From contig NC_047073.1 in assembly GCF_902459465.1 (NCBI RefSeq), forward strand, positions 7,316,001-7,380,000: a DNA stretch of 64,000 nucleotides. The letters are read 5' to 3'. The notes under the pieces are model-generated. The model saw only the letters and a list, made by a program, of their open reading frames with translations, did no database searches and was not told the origin of the DNA. The first letter of the stretch is position 1, and the number at the start of each line of letters is the position of its first letter. Shown here one piece after another: positions 39,958 to 52,029 of the stretch. The stretch comes from Asterias rubens (taxonomy: Eukaryota). The translations under genes were made by a program, and so were the position numbers.

Positions 39958-40345
39958 TGATACATACATACATACATACATCACACAACTAAATATTTAT
40001 AAAGCGCCTTTACATCAAGATCAAAGCGCTGGAAAGAGCAAGACCAATTGAACTATAAATACAACAAATTACATCTGATACAAGTGAGTTTTGAGAGATT
40101 TTTATTAATAAAGGCAAAGAGTTACAATTTCTGATGCGTACTGAGAGGTTGTTCCATATTCGCGGAGCAATAAAGGAGAAAGTCCGGTTGTGAGCAGATG
40201 AGAGTGTTCTGATGGTTGGGTGTTCGGTTAGGCGTGTGTTGTCAGAAGCTGATCGCAAGCTTGAGTAGAGGCGTGGCGGTTGGTAGAGAGCAAGGCAAGA
40301 TGATAAGTAGCCTGGTGCTATTCCTTGAAAACATTTAAACACAGT
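39958..40345 (-). mobile_element. 3' end of an L2/CR1-clade LINE
   Basis: C-terminal ORF2 motif FKCFQGIAPGYLSSCLALYQPPR..LRS..RTFSFIAPRIWNNL; GCGCTTT..GCGCTTTATAAAT 3' motif; (ATGT)n tail. Confidence 0.85.
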
Positions 40346-40582
40346 AACTAAAACCTTGATTCACAACACGCTCTAATTATCTCCAGATTCCTCCTTTTCC
40401 CAAATCTGACAACTATAAATCATTTACTGATAGATTAAAAATACACGAAACTACCCGTCATTTTATTTTTAAAACAAGAATTAGCGCCATTTCCATGAGT
40501 TCCCCAGCCGTGAAAACGACCTCTCGGTTCGGTCGGAAGGAGCTGAGCCCTGAAGTACCTCGGGAAGATCACGGGAGATTAA

Positions 40583-40921
40583 AGGCACTTGACACTATTG
40601 GTAATTACTCAAAATAGTTTCTAGCATATTCAATAAACAACTTATAAGGAAAAGAGAAAGAGCTGTTGAAAAAAAAAAATGATGAGAAACGGCTCCATCT
40701 GAAGTAAGATTTTGAGAAAGAGGTAATGTCTCACTCAAATATTAAACGATTTCAGGCCTGAAACCTTTTATTATGCATCTGAAAGCACCAACAAAAATGT
40801 GCAACAAAGGTGTTTTTCTTTCATTGTTCTCTTGCAACTTCGATGACCAATTAATTCTAACGTTTTCTCAGATGTGTTATTTGTTGCATTTTGACATTTA
40901 CACAAAGTTATCCGATGCCTT
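40583..40921 (-). mobile_element. Kolobok-type MITE family A
   Basis: TTAA at 40579 and 40922; homology to family A. Confidence 0.75.
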
Positions 40922-41280
40922 TTAATTACCCCATGAAGATCACGGCAGATTAAGGGAATCTCCTACCTATAGGACCTTGAACTTTGTTTACACCTTCCAG
41001 TGAGATCTTGGCAGCATACCGTGACAAATTGGGGACGCCACGAGGGCACTATCACATCCGATGCCTTATGAGTTGCAATGGGAATATCCCCCGTACGTGG
41101 TGCTCATCAGTAATAAGTGTCAATTAGCCGGCACTGCTTTGATAAACTTTGACACCCTGTCACATTTATTAATTAAGTTAATCAAACGAATTAAACTTAT
41201 TTTTATCGAGGTTACAAAAGACACTTTTCACTAAGCAGACACTTCGGGGTGCTGTGGAGAACAGGGTCTCATAGACATGC

Positions 41281-41397
41281 AAGCAGAACAAAATGCTTAA
41301 CAGTTTTAAACTAAGCAGAAATGAGCACGATACCAGTCACAAATTGTACATTATGGTAGTTTGGCTGGTAACCTATATAACACTATGGTAAGCATGA
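41281..41397 (-). mobile_element. Internal fragment of the GGCCCAATTTCAT MITE family
   Basis: Inverted homologue of 32920-33040; holds one copy of the satellite monomer precursor. Confidence 0.65.
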
Positions 41398-41484
41398 CTG
41401 GTAAAAGTGCTCGGCTATAGTTGAAACTTAATGGAGAGCGGATACACATTTAAATGTTACAAGTTTAACTTTACTATTATTTAG

Positions 41485-41731
41485 TCAAAGACCAGTATTC
41501 TCACTTGGTGTATCCAAACATGTGCATAAAATAACAAATCTGTGAAAAATTTTACTCAATATTGGTCATCGAAGTTGCATGGGAATATTGAAAGAAAAAG
41601 AACACCCTTATTGCACAACAAGATGTGTGCTTTCAGATGACTGAAAAGGCCTCAGGCCGAAGTATTTTAGTCTTTAAGTGAGAAATTACTTCTTCTCAAA
41701 ACACTGTTACGTCAGCAGAGGAGCCGTTTCC
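41485..41731 (+). mobile_element. Kolobok-type MITE family A, partial
   Basis: Homology to the family A body. Confidence 0.7.
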
Positions 41732-43984
41732 CGAAGTATGCTGTGACAAAACGGAACATGGTATCATTCATTGTGAGTTTGAGCCCGTGTGTATTGTGTG
41801 CCTCTGTTTGGCCGAGGATATTCGAAGTGCTTCCAAAAGGTCAGGATTCACCCACTATCGGTGCTGAAGAAGGAAATTAAGTTTGTTAAAAGTGTTAGTT
41901 ATCAAAAGTCAGTTTCGTTGTAATCTTAGGCAGTGATCGGTGTGCGTGCCAATGCGGTTTGTGTTTCCATCTTCTAACGTTCACTGGTCAGTGTAGTATG
42001 CCACATTGTTGACCCCCATCTCTTCTGTAGCTGTGAAATTTTGAAGTAAAAACTATCTTACGGACACTATAGTTTGAGTCATTGACAGCTAGAACAAATT
42101 ATGGATGATTTTTAATATAGGTTTTCCCGGTCAATTTAAGGGGACAAAATCATTCAATTTTACACCTGGTTCATTTTAGTTTCGTTTGGGGCTGGTCAAC
42201 CATACATTGTATCCGTTGTATGTGAAGAAATTAGTTTTCTGAAATGTGCTCTTAATTTTTAAAATGAATATGAATACTTTGTGACTATTAAGACAAAATA
42301 AATTTCCCCTATAATGTTTGTCAGTTATTTTCTTGAGTATAGGCACAAAGAAGAAGACAGTACAGTAAAATCGATCCCAGCTACTCGAGATACACGTTGA
42401 GTCTCTACAGAACATACAAATAATACATTAGTATCGAGTAAGCCGAATACATTTTGATTATGAGTGACAGTTTCTAAAAACAGATACCCAAAATGGAGAG
42501 GAAAGAAGGAGTAAGGGCGGGGGTGAGGTCGAGAGAATTTCTCAAAGATCGTGTCGCGTTTCCCAAGACGGGTGTGGAAAACAAGTCCACGCTTTGTCGA
42601 CAAAGGTCCAGGTGGAATTCCTGTCATAATTTGCTGCAAATCAAAAAAAATGAAGGGGGAAGCAGGAGAATCTGTCAAGGTGATATTTGAAAGTCCGGTT
42701 CACACTGTCTTGGATATGAGTGTAATTGAGGAGGGTTGCAAACAAGCGCTTACTTTGTCAGGATATGTCTCCTTTTTCTAAAGGGGGAGTAAAGGGGAGA
42801 AAGGAGATTTGGCAGACGTTGATGGGGCACGCTAGAACGGTTCCAGTTGCCAGGTCTCGCACGGTGCCTTCATCGGGTTGCATTCAACTGCGTCCAGGGG
42901 TGATTCCCGACCCGTTATAAAAACCCGTCGTGCTGAAAACAGGTGTGCCATTCTTCACAAACAGGACACACCTGGGGGTTGTGTTTGACGCTATCTGGGC
43001 CTGCCAGCCGCTACACCGGGCGTCCGTAGCGTGCCGAGAGCTGTTCAACCAGGTGGTTTGCAGGGCCGTCGTCTGGAGAAGGACACACGACGCCCCAAAT
43101 TCTGTCTATGGTGGAAACGGTGCTGACAGGTTCGCAATTGCAGCGGGGACTTAAACGGTTCCCTTTAGAGAGGAGGGGGATAAATACAGACATTTTCGGG
43201 TTCAGTGAAAACCAGGAGTTTATTCTATCAAAGCTCCTTTTGGAAAGATGTCCTGCCAGAACTTTTAGAATCAATCAGTGAGCAATTACGAGCAAGAACG
43301 CTTGTTGTAGTTGACTTCAAACAACCATTTTTTCAGCCAAGCACAGGGCCGTTGAGATGGGACGTCTCACCCAAGGGGTTCAAATGTCTCAGGTACTTTT
43401 TCAAAATCGATCTCTGATGATGGAAGTTTCAGTCAAGGGGGTTAGGGCAACATGCTGAGAAACGAAGGAAAAAAGAAGTGAATCTAAAAGATGTAATAAT
43501 ATTTCTTATATATTTTCTTGGAATAAAACATTATATCAGCCAGCTCGTCGAAATTACTTTAAAGTTTCTTCTCTCATGTCTACACAAAAGGTTCTTATTT
43601 CCTGAACATTTCTCTTCACCAACGAATAATGTAATAATTCTGAGAGGCAGATGCCCTTCATTTCCTCCACACCAAACTTTTTCATCTTTCAAATTAGCCC
43701 TGTCAATTAGTTACACCTGCGAAAATATGACATCCTGGGATGTTTCCCCAAATTGAATTACAAAGAAGGGAGCTGGGACATCCATGTTCTCCCATGCGGG
43801 GGTAGAAGTATGTCAGTGACCCGTAGGGCTAGAGGGGAGGGGGACGAGACAGGCAACCAAAATAGGGGTGGATCAAAAAGTGCCAAAGGCAGTCTTGAGT
43901 CCTTTTCACACTGCTTTATTTCCCGGGGTTGCCCCCATGTGAACAAAGACCGGGCTTTGCACACTGTGATATCGCTTTCGGGAA

Positions 43985-44174
43985 TAGCCAACCCTGCTCC
44001 GGAGTAGGGGTTAGTATAGCCAACCCTGCTCCAGAGTAGGGGTTAGTATAGCCAACCCTGCTCCGGAGTAGGGGTTAGTATAGCCAACCCTGCTCCGGAG
44101 TAGGGGTTAGTATAGCCAACCCTGCTCCGGAGTAGGGGTTAGTATAGCCAACCCTGCTCCGGAGTAAGGGTTAG
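43985..44174. repeat. Minisatellite, 32-bp unit TAGCCAACCCTGCTCCGGAGTAGGGGTTAGTA, about 6 copies
   Basis: Tandem repetition; each unit is near-palindromic around CTCCGGAG. Confidence 0.95.
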
Positions 44175-44732
44175 CTGGACAACCCGGGGTATTCTTGAAC
44201 CGCACTCCCGGAAGCGATCAGGGTCGGTGTGGTAAAACAAACTCCCGGGGCCTCCCCGGGGCTGTATTTCACTAGGATAAGAGATTCATATAAAGGGACT
44301 AGTTTGGGGTTTGGGCATTTAGACAAGACATTATCCGTTGCGTCCTTGTTCATTCATAAAATAAAGTGCTTAGGAAAATCTTTTGGTATCGTCTAACAAC
44401 GCAGTGAGGATTTAGTGGCGGCTTCCAGGCGAGTGTTACCTGTGATGTGATGTTGGTTTGGAGTGTGTTTCTATACTGGTTGGTTTTCTTGGAACCAGTC
44501 TATCTAGTCATAACCAGCACTGTGCGTAATCTAAACTAGGTATCAAAGTTGCATCAAGTCGGGTTAAAAACTCACTGCTTCTGAAATGGATAATTAATTG
44601 AGGAAGTATGACGTAGATCTTTATCAAATTGTCCAACTATTTTGGTTTTGGTTTTCTACGTTCAAAGTAAGGTCAGTAAACATAGTCTGGAAGGGGAAAT
44701 CCAAAGGACCCAAACTCCGGAACAAACTTCAA

Positions 44733-44910
44733 AGGCCCAATTTCATAAAGCCTGTATTCTGTAAGCACAAAACTTGCTGAACACAGAAAAGTATTGCTCA
44801 ACAGAAACAGATTACCAGCCAAAATTAGATTAAGTTTACACTGTTGTCTGGTGCATCACTCAATTTTTGCTTAGCAAAGAAATTTGTCAAGCAGTATTTT
44901 CTGCTTAACG
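44733..44910. mobile_element. Degenerate GGCCCAATTTCAT-family MITE
   Basis: Left TIR GGCCCAATTTCATAAAGC; decayed right end CTGCTTAACGGCATTATGAAAAT. Confidence 0.6.
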
Positions 44911-46330
44911 GCATTATGAAAATCAAGAGGGCCGCAACACCCTTCAACACATTTAAGTTACTTCTGAAAGCCCTTTTGTTTCAGGAGGCCTACCATCAAA
45001 TACTTCTGCATTTCTTCTGTGCCTCAGCGCTGAGCAAAGCTATGATTTAGGAGTGACTGATGGATTGAATTCGTTGCTTTTCGTTGAATAAAAATGATAA
45101 TCGTGATGGTAAATTGGAATCAAGGTTGCTGATATTATGTTTACTGTACGATCTTTTTCATGGCAAGGCCGTTTTCGAAAACACGGTTTTCAAATCAGGC
45201 CCGTCATTTTGTAAACGTGCACATTTTGATACGGTACTTCAACATGTGGGCAGGGCCAACGCCGGGGAGGTAAAGCAGAAACCTTTATTATTTTCGAAAA
45301 GGCCAAACAAATTAAAGAATAGAAGGTATATAGTCTGGTGCCTGTGGGGGTGCGTGTGTGTGTGTGTGTGTGAAAAGGTATCCATGATTGTTGTGAGTAC
45401 CAGACGATAAAGATCCAATTGGAACCTCATGAAATTTCAGAAATCAAATGAGTGCGGCTGGATGAACAATAAGCGTGTATATTCTATATAGGCCTAGGTC
45501 TAAAAAAAAAATATATATATATATTTTTTCCTGTTTTGAGTAGTCACGGATACACTAATTATGGACAAGTTAAATTCAGCCAGACGTGATATCGACGAGA
45601 ATCGACGAGAAATGTAATTAACCAGACAGATGTCGGCAGGATATTAAATAAAAATGTTTGTGGAAAATAAGTAAAATCAACAAAAAAATTATTTTGTTTA
45701 TGATATAGGCACATGTTTACTTGTTCTAGTATTTAGTAATGTTTAGACAATCACTGTTACTACTTTTGCATACGCAAATTCACCAACGCAACAAAAACTG
45801 CCCCTGTTACAATTTGTTTAACAAAATCTCCATCACCTGCATGGATTGAACTTATTATCCCAAGCAATAATAGTTCCACTCAACATCAATGTAAAAACAT
45901 CCAGCCTTCAGGCACCGTTTTCAAAGTATGTTATTCCAAGATTGCTAATAAAATGTCAAATCGCGTTATCTCGCTGAAAAAGCAAACCTGTAATACGAAT
46001 AGCCAGGTGACGCTGATATAACAGCACCCCCCCCCCTCTCTCTCTCTCTTAGTGAAAATGAAGCCATCATAGTATTCCCCAAAGATCTAGCCCATAATTT
46101 TCTACAGTTGGGTAATAATAATGTGTTCAAGACGTAGAGGTACCGCTGAGCGGAATGTGTGAATTATGACCCATTTCCTTCATTACCGACACCTTGTTGA
46201 ACTTGTTTTAATGGATTCAGACGTACTCATGTATCATGTACATGTAATGCGTATTTCTAGAAAAGAACACGTGTGTGGTTGCTCATTTGATTGAAGCGCC
46301 CTCTATGTTATTCACCCTAAGCATAACATG

Positions 46331-46540
46331 GGGTCGATTTCACAAAGATTTAGGACTAACTTGGGACTAGTCCTAGGAGATATTACAAACCTAAAGCTAG
46401 TAAAACATCATTGTAATAAACAATAATTTATAATGCGCCAATTCAAGACGAAGCTGTTCAAAGGTGCATGGCAATTTGAGGACGAGTAACTCGTCCTAAC
46501 TCGAGATAAGACTAGTCTCAACACTTTGGGAAGTCCACCC
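46331..46540. mobile_element. Harbinger-like MITE (GATTTCAC family)
   Basis: GGGTCGATTTCACAAAG / CTTTGGGAAGTCCACCC ends; ATG flanks; internal GTCCTAACTCGAG shared with 9400 and 61784. Confidence 0.7.
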
Positions 46541-47058
46541 ATGGAATGTTTTATGCAATCTTTTAATTATTCTGGTGCTGCTTATAATAAAACATGTTAC
46601 CTAGGCCCAGAATGCATCGTGTATTGGTGGTTTAAAAAAATATGTACAAACAAATAACGTTTTAAGTTCATTTTAATTCTCTTGTGTTTTTCTTTTTAAA
46701 TCTGTAAAAACTTTCCAGTATTATTTCTAAAGTAATGTTTTTTCCGTAGGTGGCCTATTGATCACAAGACCATTAGGCCCTATATGTGAAACAGAACTTG
46801 TGCTGATACTTGTATCCTGTGTAAAAATGTTGAAGTAAATAAATGTTGATAATAAAAAAGTTTGACTCATCGCATGGGGAATTTTTTGTGCACATTTTCC
46901 ACATTACGAAGAGGACAACTCATATCAACAAAATCAATGTTATAACGATTTGAAATTGTGCATATTTCCAGTTTGAATTCATAAAAACTGCGAGTTATGG
47001 AACATTGTTATCATTCCTTTGTGCCTTCTCAGTCGGTATTAGAACAAAGCAAAACATT

Positions 47059-47508
47059 TAATTAAGATGTTGTCATCTCAATTTTAAGGTCAAAGAGGTG
47101 GGTTTTTTTCTTCCAGAAAATAGTTTCCTAATTAATGTGTCAATAATCAAAATACTAAAATTATGAGTGTTCTATTTTAGGCTGATACTAATGTGCAAAG
47201 CTATATGCAGCGTGTTATGATTAATGTAAACGCTATGACCTGAATCACATTATTTGCTAAAAATCTGTTCCAATAATTATGTTTAATTAAGATGTCATCT
47301 TACTTCTATATGGTCACTACAGGTTTTCTTTTGTTTTTTAATAGTTTCCTGCTTAATGTGTCAGTAATCAAATACTAAAATAATGAATGTGCCTTGTTAT
47401 TATTATATATAGGTTGATGTTCATAGAAAGCTATATGCAGTGTGTCACCATGATTAACGTATACGCTATGGACTGAATCACATTTTCCGTAAACAATCTG
47501 TTCCAATA
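47059..47508. repeat. Diverged tandem duplication, unit about 225 bp
   Basis: TTAATTAAGATG..AATCTGTTCCAATA occurs twice. Confidence 0.75.
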
Positions 47509-47599
47509 TTTCCAAACATCTGTTCTGTCACAATGAGTGTGAATAATACGTTGAACATGTGTCAGTAGAAACTCGCTATAAAAGTTTTGGTAGGTTTAA

Positions 47600-47974
47600 A
47601 GGGAAGGTACATGTTTGGTGACTAATCAAAACAAATATTAACTTGAAAACTGACTTGGTAACGAGCTTTGGAGAGCTGTTGATAGTATAAAACATTGTGG
47701 GAAACGACTCCCTCTGAAGAAACGTAGTTTTTGAAAAAGAGGTGGTTTCTCACTAAAATATGAGAAGACTTCTAGCTAGAAGTCTTTTATTCCTATCTGA
47801 AAGCACACAAATTCGTCCACAAGAGTGTTTATTTTTTCATCATTTTCTCCCAACTCCGATGACCAATTGAGCTCAAATTTTCACATTTTTTTGTTATTTT
47901 ATGCATAAAAATATGTTGAGATACTCCAAGTGAGAACACTGGTCTTTGACAATTACCAATAGTGTACCTTCCCT
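47600..47974 (-). mobile_element. Kolobok-type MITE, family A variant with AGGGAAGGTAC TIR
   Basis: TTAA at 47596 and 47975; followed immediately by a second truncated left end AGGAAAGGTACG. Confidence 0.85.
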
Positions 47975-48050
47975 TTAAAGGAAAGGTACGTTTAGTGACA
48001 TTATTTATATAAAAAAACTTATAGAAGTATAGCAGTTTCGATATTATTAA

Positions 48051-48624
48051 AGTCACCTGGAAGTGGTATTTTTTCCAAAATAAAGCTTTTGTCACTAATA
48101 TGTGTTTTGATGAGTGGAATGTGATTAAACAGTTAGCTAAGGTTTTAAAAAATCAGTTCTTATGTTATTTACAAATTTAAGAGTAGACCCGACCCGAGAG
48201 GGCGCTGTTCGTGACGTCAATCGAGGCAGACTTTGCCTGTAATGCGTAGAGTAAACACAATTGCAAAGTACATGTACGGACCAAATCGTGAGTTTGTACA
48301 TTTCAAAAAAAGAAATTTGTTTTTTTTCCGGCAATGCCGACCAGGTGTATTGCTGCTGAATGCAGAAAAACACTTTTTGAAATGGACCAACTCACGACTT
48401 GGACGTACATTTACTTTGCACGTGTGTTTACTGTACGCATTGCAGGCAAAGTCTGCCTCGATTGACGTCACAAAAGGGGTAGGCGGAGTCAGCCCCCCAA
48501 ACAACTTTATATATTTTTTAAACATATAAATCGTGACAAACATTACTTACAAAAATTGTTTTATTGTTCGTAAGCATTATACTCTTATGTTTGAAAGAAA
48601 AACAAATTCTATTTCCAGGTGACT
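48051..48624 (+). mobile_element. Kolobok non-autonomous element retaining the start of a THAP domain
   Basis: TIR AGTCACCTGGAA; TTAA at 48047 and 48625; internal inverted arms of about 90 bp; MPTRCIAAECRKT from 48334. Confidence 0.8.
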
Positions 48625-49809
48625 TTAAGCAATATTTTGAATAATATTTCACTTCGGAGTATTAAGGTGGTTATGGAAAAAGATACAAGTGAAAACTCGT
48701 TATAAACGTACTGAAAATTTGGTGGCATTATCAAACTTATGTGAGAAGAAGTACAGCTTTCAATAGTATAAAGCATTTGAGAAACATTTCACTTCTTCTT
48801 CCTTTCATGCTGCTTCAATAATTGAAGATTACCGCACTGCACTTCGAAGTAAGGTAGTTATGAAAAAAAATATATCAGTGGAAACTCGTTGTAAACGTGT
48901 TGAACATGGACGCGTGGTGGGCTAAAAGATAAGGTTTGTCATAAAAACTTATGGTAGAAGTACATTATGGAGTTGTCATGATACATAGTTTTACTTTGGA
49001 GAAGGTTGTTATGGGAAAGGTTTAGTTTTTATCTCCTACATTTTTAATCTGCGAAACGTTACTGTCAGATATATGTTTCTCAGATTGTGTATTCAATGCC
49101 ATGCTTGTACTTTGTTTTTTAAAAAGTGCCGCGATCAATTAAAATGTGACCCATCCACTTGCCCAAACTTTGGCAACGATTACACTGTGTGTTCACCCGT
49201 CCAGGTAGGAGGCCCATACCAGGGTCTCTCTTATTCATTTTACATACTACAAAGGTGGCCTTGCTCATGTCAGCTTCAGTGATCAGTATCAACTATCACT
49301 AATCGTCACTAAACCAAACTCGTTAGTTCTTGTTAGGTCATCAAGTGTCATTCTTTCCCGTATTATCCAGGTGTTTGCTGACTGGTACCTCGTCACCATA
49401 CAGAGCCTATAGACAGGCTCAGGTATACGTTCCAACAATCCATGATAGCGATGTATGATTCATAATGGTGTTTGGTTTGTAAAGCCAGCACTGACTGTGT
49501 GTAATAATACCCTTTGGAACCAGTGGGATATCTTCCAAAACCCATGGGCTTTACCGCTTGGTGGATGGATGACACAGAATTGCCTGGTGGAAAGAGAGTG
49601 CCCTGGAGAGTGTCATCGTTCAAGCATACTAGGGGATAATTATTAACCAAAATTGAGAGAGTCTATTATTATGAAGTCGGCCACATTCCCAAAATATTGT
49701 GTATCATCACGATCAAATACTGTAATACAACACACCATTGGCTCCGCATACCCTTAATTGAAATCAACAAAACAGCAATCATATTTTAAATTCATAACAC
49801 TGCAAATGT

Positions 49810-50360
49810 GTTGGTCAAAAATTGAGTTGAGTTAACGCATTACTTTAAGTTTGTTGGTCAAAAATGGTGTTGAGTAAACGTATTACTTTTGAAGGTTAAA
49901 AAGATTGGCAATTGGTTAAGAGAAATTGTTGCCCAACACCTTTGGTTGGCCCTAATAATAATAGTTTAAACTAATGCACTGTAAAATTGTATATAGGTCA
50001 GACATTGTGTTGAGTAAACGTATTACTTTTGAAGGTTAAAAAGATCGGCAATTGGTAAAAAGAAATTCCTGCTCAACACCTTTGAAAAAAGTTGAACAAA
50101 TTGCTGGTATTGGAATGGTCCAATGTTGGTTTGCCCTAATAATATTTTAAATGAACGGACTGCAAACTGATGGTCACAAATTGTGTTGAGTAAACGCATT
50201 ATTTTTGAAGGTTAAAAAGATTGCCAATTGGTTAAAAGAAATTTCTGCTCAACACCTTTGGACAAAGTTAAACAAGTTGTAGGTTAACTCATGGAGGTAG
50301 AATTATACCTCCATGGTTAACTGGATATGGTCCATTGTTGGTGGTTGGCCCCTAATGATA
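49810..50360. repeat. Degenerate tandem repeat, three units of about 140-180 bp
   Basis: GTGTTGAGTAAACG..TTGAAGGTTAAAAAGAT..CAACACCTTTG at about 49869, 50007 and 50183. Confidence 0.8.
50290..50315. mobile_element. 26-bp CAT..ATG palindrome with 7-bp TSD
   Basis: CATGGAGGTA-GAATTA-TACCTCCATG flanked by GTTAACT twice; absent from the preceding tandem unit (50101-50140). Confidence 0.85.
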
Positions 50361-51681
50361 TTGTCCTTGGTTTCGCAACACAATGTTGTTTTTGCTTTAT
50401 TGTTAAAATTTAACCATCTTGAAATTATAACTAGTCCCAGGCCTTAGGACCTACTGCTCTGAGAAGTTTTACAATAAAAAGAGGAACTAGGCAATTATTT
50501 GCGGCAAAACCTTCCACGTGCATATGATTATAAGCGCGAGACACTTTGCTCTGCGGCTCCATTCCTTTCAACTTCAACACGAAAGCTCTTTGAGGAAAAA
50601 ATATGTCAAAACTTCAACCTTGCAAAGTTTTCAATCTTGAAATTCAGCGGCATTAATTTGATTTAAGGCGTGTTGATAGCACGTGTTGTTCTTGTTCACA
50701 CGAGCCCCTTTTAGCAAGGGTCCCTTGCTAAATTCCTGGTTGTAAAATTTTACCATGGTGTACATGTACCTCATGTGAAAGGAAAACAAATTGCAAATTG
50801 TCTACTGCCAAGGTTCTCTTGCAAAATCTTGTTAAACATTGCTACGTTTTAAAACCGTGCTAAAAATTAAGCAAGAAACCCTAGTTTAATTGCTGTTGTG
50901 TGAATAGCATATAATAGACAACGGTTTCACAAAGGTACTGTTGCATTAAATTATTAATACAGTTTCGGCACAATCACTATCACGGGGGTTTTGCAATTAA
51001 TATTTTGCGCACACACACAAACAACAATTATGTGTAATAAAATTACTTTCAGCTTCCAGGCACTTTCTAACAAAAAACATTGTGAAATATTATCTGACCT
51101 CCCACGCAAATATCTGTACTGTACATAACGCACGTGTGCTCAAATGATTGTCTGTAAACACATAAGATTCATACCGCCCACACAAATTAATGTTAGTGAC
51201 TGAAATATTCCACACAATATGTAACAACAACAAAATAATAATCCAGGATGGAAAAAGTGAGAACCTCGCCTTCCTTCATTCGTGCCGAATGTTTTGTAAA
51301 ATACTTGTGAAAATAGTGGAGAAATGTTGGAGTTTTAATTCAAGACACTGCAAAATTTAACTATACTTCACGGGTCAAATATTTTCAATACCACGTGTAT
51401 GGTTTTAATAAAACATTGAAATGGTGGACGTTTATTCATTCCACATTATTTTTGAACCATCGGTGTTTATACTGTTATTGGGATCACAGGACCATCGGTG
51501 TACCTATACGTACATGTACTTATTGCAAAACGGGACTCCAACCGTGGCCCTCTCTCGACGCAAATTCTTACAGAATAGTGGTCATTTTTGTGCATGTATT
51601 GCAATTTTCAACTTCAAACTACCCTTCCAAACCACTGAAGTTGTGTTTTCACTTTTACTTCTCTCAATAATGCGAGTTTAA

Positions 51682-52029
51682 AGACACTGGACTGGACACT
51701 ATTGGTAAAGTCTGCTCACTTGGTGTATCTCAACATATGTATCGAATAGGAAACCTGTGAAAATTTGAGCTCAATCGGTCGTCGAAGTTGCGAGATAATA
51801 ATGAAAGAAAAAACACCCTTGTCACACGAAGTTGTGTGCTTTCAGATGCTTGATTTCGAGACTCAAATTCTACATCTGAGGTCTCGAAATCAAATTCGTG
51901 GAAAATTACCTCTTTCAAAAAAACAACCGTTTCTCACAATGTTTTATACCATCAACCTCTCCCAGTTTTTATACTCGTTACTTAATTACTATAATTATTT
52001 TGAGAAATTACCAATAGTGTCCACTGCCT
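51682..52029 (+). mobile_element. Kolobok-type MITE family A, about 2 kb upstream of the Klf start codon
   Basis: TTAA at 51678 and 52030. Confidence 0.85.

Noticed and set aside
39471-39977. 168-aa ORF
   Set aside because: Starts in the (ATGT)n LINE tail, has non-coding-like composition and no recognisable motif
42930-43154. HLGVVFD as a LINE RT motif; FIFFD as Polinton polymerase B
   Set aside because: Isolated short matches without the neighbouring conserved motifs
43985-44174. Interstitial telomeric repeat
   Set aside because: Only one GGGGTTAG per 32-bp unit and no (TTAGGG)n run
49393-49650. GC-balanced ORFs as a pseudogene
   Set aside because: No recognisable family motif in any frame
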